From Carcharhinus longimanus (lineage: Eukaryota), in contig JASCQW010000132.1 in the NCBI GenBank assembly GCA_030264375.1, forward strand, positions 78,561,042 to 78,625,041: a stretch of 64,000 nt of DNA. The letters are read 5' to 3'. The stretch's first letter is position 1, and each line of letters starts with the position of its first letter. The position numbers were made by a program, and so were the translations under genes. Under the pieces are notes generated by a model that ran no database searches, was not told where the DNA came from, and saw nothing but the letters and a program-made list of their open reading frames with translations. Positions 38,622 to 50,707 of the stretch are shown here, in pieces.

Positions 38622-38740
38622 ACAGATGCTAGAAATCTGACATAAAACCAGAAAATGTTGGAAAACTCATCTGGTCTGGCAGCATCTGTGGAGAGAGAAA
38701 CAGAGTTAATGCTTTAAGTCTATTGATTCTTCTTCAGAAC
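38622..38740. repeat. Single arm of the 'gcagcatctgtggagagag' repeat
   Basis: 'cagatgctagaaatctgacataaaaccagaaaatgttggaaaactcatctggtctggcagcatctgtggagagagaaacagagttaa'. Confidence 0.85.
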
Positions 38741-41700
38741 AAAAAGATCTTTAATAATGTTGCATTTATAGTCCCATGTGTCTGTTTTAAATCAGAAAAC
38801 AGCAAAAATCGCACTGCATACAATATTAACAAAAAAGACAAATGCTGTAAGTGGTATGAATAGGCAAGACATGAATGAGAATGTTGAAAACACTGAAAAT
38901 ATTAGGGAGTATTTAACATATTCAAAGTGAGAATTTTCATGTCAAACTGCCCCTGATTTCTGTCATACCATCAGCAGAGCACAAGTCGAGACAAGGCACT
39001 GCCATGTGAAAAAAATTAAAATCAAAGGAAGAGTCACTGGCCAGCCACTCTGAAGATTCTCGGTGACTGGATTAACAGCACATTCAAAAGTTTACTGCCT
39101 TCTCTGGTTTGGATGTGACAGGCCCAGGAATGGTGTAAAAACAAAATACCAAATAATAGAGAAAGAAACAATTAATAAACTAAATGAATGAATATAGGAA
39201 GCATAAGACCAAACTGAATTTGGAAAAGATGGTTACATTAAATACATGTGACTTTAATATAGTAATTTTGAAGAGAAAAATCAGAGCAGCATGACACAAG
39301 TTTAAACAAAAGATGTTCTGAGGTATGATGGAGGATAAAAGTCATTATTCAAGTCACCAGATGATGCTTATGTCAGGTTCACAGCCATTCTGTATGTTAG
39401 TCTTGAATTGATGTGGGTGATGAAAATACTTTAATCATATGGTGCAAAGGATCATTTCACTGTGGTTAGAAGCAGTGAATGGAAAAAAGAAACTAAAATA
39501 GATGTTTCTCAAAATGGGTTACGCTGCTCAGGAAATTCATTTTTAAGTTTAACATTGAAGGAAAAGCTTTATTCAATACCAGATGCATTGTCACGTAATC
39601 CTGAAAAAAGGCACTTCTTTCTGAGGCAAGTGAAGATCGGATGCAAGAACCTAATTGTTTTAATCAAGTCAGATCAAACCAGTGAGTTAAGTTCCTGAGC
39701 AAAAGGTTCTATGATCCATCAAGTGTATGGCTAAATTGGAGAAAATGTATATTTTCAGAGTTCTGTTTGATTTTAGGATGCCTCCTTGGAATCCTGAGCA
39801 GCAGGCAAAAATCCAAGAGCATTTATTATCAGATCATAAGTCAAAGGTGAAGCTGAGGGATCATGAATCTACCAAAGTAACATTTAGGGACCATCCGTTT
39901 TTAGACTCATCATATCTACATATAATGTTGGTCATCATGGCAACTATTGATAAAATATACAATATATACTGTTTTGTTTATAAATTTAATGTAGACATTG
40001 AAGAGATAGCATTGCTGGTATTGATATATTAGATGTTTATTTGTTACAATGTGTAACAATAAAAATGGGAATTCTAGAAGACATATAATAAGACAACTTT
40101 GTTTGGGAATACATGTTTAAACTCTTACTCACATTACAAATTACATTTCTAGCTGAACTTGCTGAGCTTCACTAAAAATTGTTATCACATTTGGGGGTTT
40201 TGATTTTTTTTCATAGATTAAATTATAATTAAATATTGTGTTTTAGCACGAATTTATAGAGTTTTCTTTCTAAAGTCACAAGTTGTGGGCATTGTACATG
40301 TGTTTTAAAACCAGATGAAGCAGTTTCTAGAATGCTGACATCTCTGTCCTTGACCTGCTACACTGTTCCACTGAAGCTCAACACGAGTAAAAGGAACAGG
40401 GCAGGTGATTTATTATTTTATTCTATTTTCACAGCCAGAAGTGAGACTAAGGGAAGAAAGAGGAATTTGATTTTCATATTGCACTGTACCGTTAAACACT
40501 CTAAGCTTGGTGCCTGGCCTTGTCTTACAAAATGTTACATTCTACCTTCATGATTGGAAAAATGCACGTAAAGAAAAAAAACATTCAGTTCAGATTACCA
40601 GATGGTCCTATTTTATACCCTGTTGGAAGTTATCAGATAATTTGATATGAAACAGCACAGGCACAGTTCAGAACACAAATGGTCAAGGCTGCTTCCTGTT
40701 GTGCCAGTGCATCCAAGAAAATATCTGAGTCCTGAAGCTTGTGTTTGTCATAAAGAATGAAAGCATCGTAAACAATTACATTAGAGAATATTTTATGTTA
40801 ATAGTAATGTTGCCAAATATATATTTTTTCTGTTACTATAATTGTGAAAATAATTTAATGTAAATGCTATATATAATTTTGTGCTTAATGAGACATGACT
40901 GGATCAATAGGATCAACCTATTTTGTGCAAAGCGTTAAATTGAAGTTTCTTGATCAATGTAAAATTTGTCCTGCAAAATCACAATAGGCCATCTAAAGTT
41001 TCAAGAGAAAAGCTCCACAGTCCTCAATTAAATTTAATCACAAGTTATACAATGGCATGAGAATATTTGATGATGTATTGTCAATAACATACCCTTAAGG
41101 ATTTCTTATGGTCTACTGAATCTTCATTTCAACATCTTCTGTAATAGGCCACAAATTGACATAGTTCAGTTTTTACTGAGGATGGCAGTGCAGGGTTTAT
41201 TTTCAAAAGTATTTTGTTTTGGACATGATCCCAGGATACCATTTGAGTTGGTTCACATTCAAGAAATTCATGAATATTGTTCAGATTGAGTTACAGTATA
41301 TCATTAGTGGAACTCGCAAAATAATATATTTGATTAGTGTAGAAATAAAGAAAAACTTTGAAGCAGTAACAAAAAATGTTTCCAGATAAAAGATTATAAA
41401 ATTTGTAAGGAACTCATTCATAAAACAATGCCAGTTATTTATCTACAGAAAGTGCATAAATGAAAAGGAAGTTCCTACCATTTTTGTAGAATAGAAAGGA
41501 AACAGTTATTTATTAGAATTCTTAGATGGAGGAAATAATGTCTGAATTCCTTTTTGTTTTTATAAATACGCTTATAGAGAAAGAAAGGGCACAAAATTGC
41601 ATACAGCTGAGTTGAATGTAGTGTAATGCAATAAAGAACTATAAAGAATTAAATACTAACTTACACAGACATCAAATACATTAAACTTAGACAGAACCAA

Positions 41701-44156
41701 TATAATAATGTTCTCTTTCATTCTGGGGTTACAGCTTCCTCCAGCCCATTGACGACATATAGAAAAGCATTATCAGATCCTAATTGGCCGCTTACTTCAG
41801 GAGAAAACATTATCAGAATTATCACTAGCCATAAGTAATGCAAAACGAGGCCACGAGCCTTTTACTTGGTGAGTCATATAATGTAAAATTAGTGGTATGC
41901 AATTTTTTATGCACTTGCTCAATCAGCAGCCTGTCAGAAGAGAAAGATAATTAACTGCAAAGTTACAGTTGAAACTGGTACCTGCTCTGACTGACCAAAA
42001 TTAACATATTGGTTCCTAAGAGCAGTCCGGCAAAGGGGAATTAATTTTTGTGTGCGTAAACACAGAAGGAACCTTTTAAACTTCTCTTCATATGACTGCA
42101 GTTGTTACACACTGGATCTAAAACTGAGGTGGTGTGAGAAGGCTTTCCAGATTCAGTCTCGTGCCTCTTGTCACTGTTTACTTCAAGTATTTCTACATCC
42201 AAACCACATTATTCATTTTGCAAATATGTAATGCTAGAAAGAAAATGCAAAATCTGAGTTAGCACTTGACCTTCGCCTACTTGTCATGCATATGCAGGCT
42301 GATGAATCACAGGCAATGAGAGCAGACAATGTTTAAAGTATTTTGAATTAATTCTGCATAAAATGAAAATGGACTGGAGGTTTACAAAGCTAAGTAATTT
42401 CTGGAAAAAAAATGGAAGGAATGCTCTTTGTAATATGAGGATGAAGCACAAATGTCTACAATCTAAGACATTTGCCTGACATTCATTTTATTACCACAGG
42501 AATAGACCTTGGAGGCTTGGAAAACTCCACATAAAAGCTAGTCCAAAAAGGTATTTCCTTTGTACTTTCGGCTCTTCTATCTTGTATTTATGACTAACAT
42601 ATTGACTTCTGCATGCACGCATATTTGACCAGTTCATGACAACAGAAAATCGCTTCTGCTAGCAGGTGCCTGGAACCCTGATTAGCAGACAGTTTTGTCA
42701 GATTCTGTTTCATAAAATGGTAGCTAAAATATTTTTTTCTATGTATCACTCATTTCATTCCAGTAAATACATCAAAGGCAGTAAATATCAGTACGGTAAT
42801 AATGTCTTCTGCAGCTGGAGACGGTTTAGAGCAAAGGCCTAAGTATTTGAATCAAGTCAGTTAAATATTAGTTTTGCAATATAAAGGTGAATTTTCGTTA
42901 CCAAAGCCCAAAGATCAGAATGATATGTTTTGACAGCTTATTGTCTGTGAACCATGCTTACCTGGACTGAATTTAACATTAATTATACTGGCATTATGTC
43001 TTCATTGAAATGCCATCAATTCAACTTAATAGTCGTCAATCAGAAATGAGTACTTTCAAGCAGCCAGATTTCACTACCAAACTGAAGTGTTCTCAAATGA
43101 CAAACTTCATTGGGAATATTTGGTTCTAACTCCTGAAATTCTGACAATGAATGGACAACCACAATAGAATGTAAAAATAAGTATAATACCACTGCAAATC
43201 ACATTTAAAATGTCAAACAGATTTGATTACAGATTTTCAATTCCATAAGAGGCCCAATTAGTTAAGTATGTTTGTGTACATTTACCTTTCAAAAATGTTG
43301 CTCAAATTATTACTGCAAGTTTGGGCTGATATCAATGCAACAAGGGCAAATAGGCAAGTGCACTTTGTTGAAAGTGGGAAGATAGATGGTTTGAGAAATT
43401 ATCAGGAGGAAGGATTGAGGTCGAGTTGGAAGTAGAATAAATCAGTTCAATGTATAATCAGATACAGCAAAAGAAATAAAGTAATGGAAAAAAAGAGAGA
43501 CAGAAAAATGAGAAATGAAAAGTAAAACGAGATTAAACAATTTAAAATCTCTTAAATCAATTCAGCAGTGTTAAGGGATGAGATTCACATTTAAAATTGC
43601 TTACTTTTTGTGGGGCAAAAACAGTTGATGAAGCAGTTTGTGCTCTTAATTATTAAAATCTCCACAGAAAATGACATTTAGTGATGAACTAATGTGCAAA
43701 TACAGCAACTTGATAAAAATCATGAAGAATTAGAGCACATATTTAAATTTCATGAGTCTAAAGATAGATCAATGCAAGTCAATCAGCAACTTATGAAAAA
43801 TCACAAAATAGGTCAAAATTCTGTTTTATTGTTTTTTTAATACTGGGGGAGTGGTTAAAAGGGATGGCCCAGGCATCCATTCATATTGTGCTGCTTGAGA
43901 TGAAAAGATGCAGCAGTGTCAGTTTAAACTATTTCCTGGGGAAAAGAATTGGTTCTCTAACAACTATACATCAAGAAATTCCTCCTTACTTCTCCCCTGA
44001 ATACTTTTGAAGACGTATTTAATTAATATTAGTAACTATTTTAAATTCATAGCTCCTTGTCACTGACTTCCAATCCTTATCAAACCAATCCAGAATTTTA
44101 CAATTGCCTATTAAATATTCTGTTAATCTTTATTGCTCTTGTGGTAAAAGATCTTT

Positions 44157-44488
44157 GGGCGGAAGGGTGGGCACAGTGGTGAGCACTCCACCTCATAGTA
44201 CCAGGGACCTTGGTTCAATTCCGCCCTTGAGTGACTGTTTGCGTGGAGTTTGCACATTCTCCCCTTTTCTATGCAGGATTCTGTCAGGTGTTCTGGTTTC
44301 CTCCCACAGCCTAAAAGATATGCAGGAAAGGTTGATTAGCCATGCTAAATTCCCCCTTAGTGTGCTAAGATTTGTAGGTTGTGGGGATTAGCGGGGTAAA
44401 TACATGGGGTTATGGGGTAAGCCTACGAAGAGTCATTGCAGATTCAATGGGCCAAATGGCCTTCTTCTGCACTGTTGGGACTCTAATG
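44157..44488 (+). mobile_element. HE1/V-SINE with CR1-type tail
   Basis: tRNA head 'gtgggcacagtggtgagcact...ggttcaattcc', V-domain, tail 'gggccaaatggccttcttctgcactgttgggactcta'. Confidence 0.88.
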
Positions 44489-44819
44489 GACATCTTAATC
44501 TCCTTCATAACTATTGTTTTCTAATCATTTTAAAATACTGTAAAGTACTGTTTCCAAGGCCATTCATTTATCCTGCCCATTTTCTATGGCTTTACTGCAA
44601 TTTCTATTCTGAGCAAGAAAACTATACATTATATTTTATCTACAGCTTAACCACTCCTTATGCAACTTTAGATTTTGTTACCTTGTATGACTGTGCTCTC
44701 TCTATAGCTTTATCTACCTGTATTTCCAGAATTACCTGTATGGTATCTGAGCTTCCAGATCTTGGATCATTCATACCCTTCAACCTTGAGTGTGCATCCC
44801 TGGCTTTGGTCCCAGAATG

Positions 44820-45178
44820 TTACTTCTTTCATGGGATGTAAGCATCGCTGGCAACGTGCAATTATTCCCACCCCTAACTACCCTTGAACTGAGATGCTAG
44901 ACCATTTCAGAGTACAATTGACAGTCAACCACATATAACTGTGGTCAGTTATATGTTGGCCAGACATGATGGCAGATTTCCCTACCTAAAAACAATTGTG
45001 ATTCGGCTAGGTTTTTACAGTTTCATGGTCACTATTATTGAGATTAGCTTTATTGTCCAGATTTATTAATTGAATTTAAACGTCACCAGCTGCCGTGGTG
45101 ATTTGGATCCCTGGCCCCAGAGCTTTAGCCTGAACGTCGGTAGTATTAATCAGGTGACATTATTATCATGCCATCATT
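44820..45178 (-). mobile_element. Copy of the 19677-type tRNA-SINE
   Basis: Reverse complement of the tail ('ctttcatgggatgtaagcatcgctggc'), body ('gtcaaccacat', 'ggcagatttccc', 'tttcatggtcact') and head. Confidence 0.8.
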
Positions 45179-48100
45179 TTCCCTATTACTTCACATTTCT
45201 CAGTATTAATTCGTATCTGCCACTTTTCTGCTCGTTCTGCTAATGAGTGGCCTAGGAAACGAAACTTAATGCAGCAGGTCTGTAACAGTATATTACGCAG
45301 AATATACCGCCTGGGTCAGCAGATCCAGCATAACTGCAACTTAATTGCAAGGTGGGCTCTTGTTTGTTTCTGTGCGATGTTGCACACTAACCAGATCAGA
45401 TGGAGAATCGAGTAACTCAGAAATTAGCACTGACTGGTGCCTGCTCCGTCCCAGGTGGAGGAGGTTGCAGTCATGGAATTCTCTACATGACATAATTTGA
45501 ACACCGTCCCCATCTGGAAAATCTAAGTATCCATTTAATAATGCTCAGGGTAGTGGACCTGTTATTTATTGGAAAATGTATTCGTTAAACAAATGTTCAG
45601 TTCCGACATCCATGTCAAAGGTTGCATTTACGTATTACAGGTATGTCACCCATTATAACCTTAAAGTACATCACCATGTGGCCAAATAGATTGCTGATTT
45701 AATTATAGATACGCCTCGCTACATAAACAGTTTTAGTTTGAGGGAGAAGTGTTGTAGGGGGTGAGGTCGACGAGATGACGAAATGCCATCATCAATGCAA
45801 CATTCATTTTATGTTGCATATCTGACCAGTTTTTTATACTACTGGAGTTGTGTTAGTATATAATAAACAGCAAAGGATAGTACTTTGCAGGCCTCGCTTT
45901 GTTTCGGCGTGGCGCATACATAGGGAATGTGTGTTACTCGTACTGCCCTAAGCGTGCAATGGTAAGAAGCTGCGCAGACACACCATATGTTAACCCTTCC
46001 AATCCCTTCAAGGCCACTGAAGTGGTTTCATGGCTATTAGACCCATCTCTCCTGCTAAACTGTGGAAGATAGCAGTATTTGAAGTCTGACATCTGGTGCT
46101 GCCAAATAAAGAAACGTTTGCAATAAATCATCCTGCAGCAATCCAAATGAAACGAGCGTCTCGAGAGCCTTTCCATATAGAACAGAGAGGGATGGGGGGC
46201 ACTGAACGATCAAAGGCTGTGTATCTGAGCCATAAACTCACGGTGCTAGTTACACCCGGACCGGTTTGATCGGACAGCACAGTGAAAATCAATGCTTTCA
46301 AACCAATCAGATCTCTAACGTTCACCTCCACAGATTGAACTAAAACAAATTGGAAAACCTCTCGATTTGCCTTAGTTTAGTCATTTGGACTTAGCAGGGA
46401 ATTAAACGGTAACTGTGAGGATGAGGAAATGCAAAGTGAGTGTAACACCTTGCTGACGACTCAATTTTATTACTCGGGAGGAGGACGAATATTACATGCC
46501 TTAGAAAACGCATTAAAGTAACTGAACTACCATTTACTGCTCAACACGCACATCATGGTTATAAAGAGCCTTGCATCCAGTTTTATAATAAATTAAATTG
46601 TGAATTATTAAATCCATCTGTCCTGGCCATTCACTTCAGAGAGTGGAAACAACACATTGCAGCACACTACTGTAGCAGCTTGCGAAGAAAACAGACATCA
46701 AACGAAAAGAGAAGAACTCATCATTTTACGGTCCGGTTGGCCTTTTATCGTGCTGAAACTTGCACTTTGATTATATTATCGTTCTATAGATGAAGAAGAT
46801 TACATGACCCCATGCGGACAACTTTCATTTCCATAAGACTGCATTGTGACAAAACGGGAAGGCGCCATTTAACCAACCTGCCTTCTCCCCAATTACTGAG
46901 TCAACACAATTGGCACTGTCTTTTTTCTGTTTATTCTATCCGTTTACATGGCACGCATTGTTATTTATCGCCAGCTCCATGTTTATGGGAAGCGCATTTG
47001 TTTTCTGGATGAATACATGGACTGCTGCCACACTTGTGATGACATTAAGTAAAAGGCAATCTAATGATCGAGCAAATTGTGCAATGCAAACAGTTTGAAA
47101 GTTGGTCGGAACACCGGCACGCGTGTTTTACATGTGGACAATTGAGGTGTCACGGTGATTTCGGAGGTTCGCTGAAGAGAAACCTCCTTCAGCATTCTTG
47201 CTGTATTCGTTAATTCCGCGCTGTCACAGCGAGTAATAGGCATGCGGGCGTTTTGTTGATACTGATCATCACAAAACACACATGATAACCTTAAACTAAT
47301 GTTTCGAGAAATGGTGCCTCTCCCATGAGCCTGACAGAAAGTAATTCCGCACATACACAATTGCGCTTCAGTTTTATTCAGACACAGCCTGATTTGATTT
47401 CATTTCTGCTTGAAAGCTTTTTGGAACTAATAGATTGAAGTCATTATTAGATTTACTTTCAGAATAATGTGGGGATAAAGCATCAAAGGCCTGATTGAAA
47501 CTGGATTGTTCGTGTATCTTAATGCTCATGCTTACCCTGTCTCCGTTTAATGCTCAGGTTTTAATCCACATTCAATGTATTTGTTCATCTAAATTCTATC
47601 TTCGATTCGCGGCGATTTAGGAAAGGGAACACCACTTATGCCCCTCCCCACCAAAAAAAATCCTCAGTAAGATATATTTTAATAAATCCTGATCATAATT
47701 CATCACCTAGTTTTTGTCATTTAAATAAAATGGGAGTGGGACAGGGGCGTCCCCATGGGTTTCTGGGTCAAAATCTTTGGGCGGTTTTATCATCTTGATG
47801 TGAAAGTGAGTGGGTGTTAAAATATGGAATTGATGGAGTCTGTTTGGCCGCTAGGGAGGCTAGCGAAGAAGTTTCCATATTTCTAAGAGAATATTCCTTT
47901 TNNNNNNNNNNNNNNNNNNNNNNNNNNNNNNNNNNNNNNNNNNNNNNNNNNNNNNNNNNNNNNNNNNNNNNNNNNNNNNNNNNNNNNNNNNNNNNNNNNN
48001 NNNNNNNNNNNNNNNNNNNNNNNNNNNNNNNNNNNNNNCATGACGACGCAAAGAATACCGCCTCCTTAAATAAACACAAGTTAGATATGCCGCACACTAG

Positions 48101-49559
48101 TGGGTTGCATTCATCTAAAAAAAAGAATTAGAAAGTGAATCCTCACAGGGAACATTTGTGCAAATTCACCGAGCAGTCTTGAGCATTTGCCAAATTTCAA
48201 TACCAGACCAACATTTAAGGGCTGTGAATTTTGAATAGGGCGGGTTTTAATTTACAAGAAAACTGCCAACCTTATATAGAAGCAGGATGGGAGATGATAC
48301 TTGGGGCGATGGGAGAAATCTCGCGCTCTCGAAGCTTACAGAGAGTTGATGTATAGATATTCCTTATTGTACATAAACGTCAAATTAATTCATATATATT
48401 TTTTGAACAAGTACAGAATTAGCATATTTCTACTGTTTTGCTTGTGCCCAGTTATTTTTCTAATGCATTTGGCTATATTAACAACGTGGCTTCGAAGTCC
48501 CACATCAGAAACTCCGACAAATCAGAATGTGCCAGGAAAATGAGAAAAGTGGTGGGGGAAGGGGGGGGGGGGCGGGTTCAGCACTCTGCGTCTGGCCTGA
48601 CANNNNNNNNNNCCCCCCCCCCCCCCCCCCCCCCAAAGCAATCTGCGTCTCTCATTAAACAACGCTATTTCCTTAACAACGCAAACCCGTAAACCCTTCG
48701 CTTATCAAATGAAATGCAAAATGTACAAGTAGGTACACTTCATTCAAATCCGTACGAAAAATATGAAGCATTCGGCGAGGGTGGGGGAATTAAATGCCGT
48801 AAAAAGAACTCCCCTCGCGCAAGTACCATTAAGAGAAGTTCTTCCACTCGGAGAGTATGTACATACTGACTAATGAGCCTTAATGAAATAATATTCGTTT
48901 TAGAGCGTTGGGCGGAATATNNNNNNNNNNNNNNNNNNNNNNNNNNNNNNNNNNNNNNNNNNNNNNNNNNNNNNNNNNNNNNNNNNNNNNNNNNNNNNNN
49001 NNNNNNNNNNNNNNNNNNNNGAACTGTATTTACCAGAGGAAGCAATATCCCTTTACAGCTGATCATCATTCGTTGTGTTTATTTTCTGCTTATCAAAATT
49101 TGGCAATATAAACTTATGGTGCATGTGAACCTATGGCATTTACTGCAAACTATGTGGGAGAGCAGTTATGAATCTGGAGCACGGGTTTGAATATATTTAA
49201 TTAGAAAATAAAATCAAAGACCGTAATCCTTATAAATATTGCTCACGGCACGTGAATCAAACGGGCCTTTGGAGTTGTGGGTTCTGTTGGCTACAGTGAT
49301 AAAGCGTACCGCTGTCTCTTTCATATCATCCATGCATCTTGTGGCTGGTGTGGCTGTCAGGGCTGGCATTCCTGCTTCATGATGCTCCCTCTCGTCTTAT
49401 CATCCTCAAACCCCATCAAACAGCAATCGATTAGTCTCAGCCTTCTGGCACCGAATCCGATACTTTTCCCAAGGATCAAACAACCTCCATCTCTAGCAAA
49501 GAGAGAGAAAAGAAAATACGACCTGGCCGCACTAATGCCACCGGCACTCGATGAAATAA

Positions 49560-49720
49560 AACTCACATTTTCTCTCCTTGATTTCTGTCCAATGAATTAT
49601 CGTCCCATCTCAATCCATTTTGTGTGCAAAGTGTGTTGGAAAGGCGTGGTGTTTGCAAACCTGCACATCTGGACTCCGCTGCACGTGACATATCTTACAC
49701 CATCTATAACACCTGCTTAA
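49560..49720 (+). mobile_element. Ancient LINE RT remnant
   Basis: ORF 49277-49720 ends with 'LDFCPMNYRPISIHFVCKV...VVFANLH', resembling the non-LTR RT motif 'D..NYRPISLL..LSKVLE.VV..QL'. Confidence 0.55.
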
Positions 49721-50676
49721 CCCCGTTCAGATAGATTCCATCGACCAACACGTTGGGATGATACAGCCACTTTTAACTCCCTAATTTTCTGGATTCGTGT
49801 CCGAAATGTGGCGCTGGAAAATATTTCAACTCACTACGTTTGCAGATGGTAAACGCTATTTAAAATAAATGCTAAAGAGCGACGGATTGTGCAAATGGCA
49901 TCCTCCTAACCCGTCCCTACAGCCGTACGGCTTGATGAACAAGGAGGCAAGCAGTTCCCAGCCGATTTAAAGCAGGGTGTGGAATCGAAAGGATGCCCAT
50001 TAAGATCAGGGTTGACGTCCCCTCAGCTTTGTGAACACACAGTTGTTTCACTAGGAAGAGGTGAACTGATCAAATAACTCCACACAGACACAAGTTCTTC
50101 ATCCAGTTAGGACAAACCTGGAAGCAGGTATGCGTGTCATCTACCGGCTATCTCATGACTTGAGTTACTCTTCACTTGTTCCAAAACTACCTCACCCAAT
50201 GATCTTTCCTGTTTGAACGGAATTTGGCACTGATAAATGTTCATTCAATATTAGGCTACGCTATGATAAATTAGTCATTAGAAAACCATGCTAGACGGGT
50301 GTCACTCCATAAATCATGGAGCTCCTTCACGAGCTTTTTTTTACGAAGCAAGTTGGAAATTCTATTCGTAGGGAAATATTTGAAATCGACCTCCTGCTGT
50401 CTGCTTATTTACTGGTTGTATGGACTTCTGGGATGACTTGAAACTCGAATCGAACACCTGCACATGCTTCATTTTAATTTTCAAAGTCGCATTAAGGGCA
50501 GTTAATATTATAGAGTAGCAACATCTCAGCGCCGTGAGAAATTAAGTTTATTTTGTACCTGTATTTGTAGGTTGTGGATTGTTGGGGGGGGGGGGGGGGG
50601 GGGCCGACGTTAACCTTTAAAATTAATCCTCATTGGCTCTATAACCNNNNNNNNNNCCTCCCCCTTTTTGGTGCCC

Positions 50677-50707
<31 letters not shown>

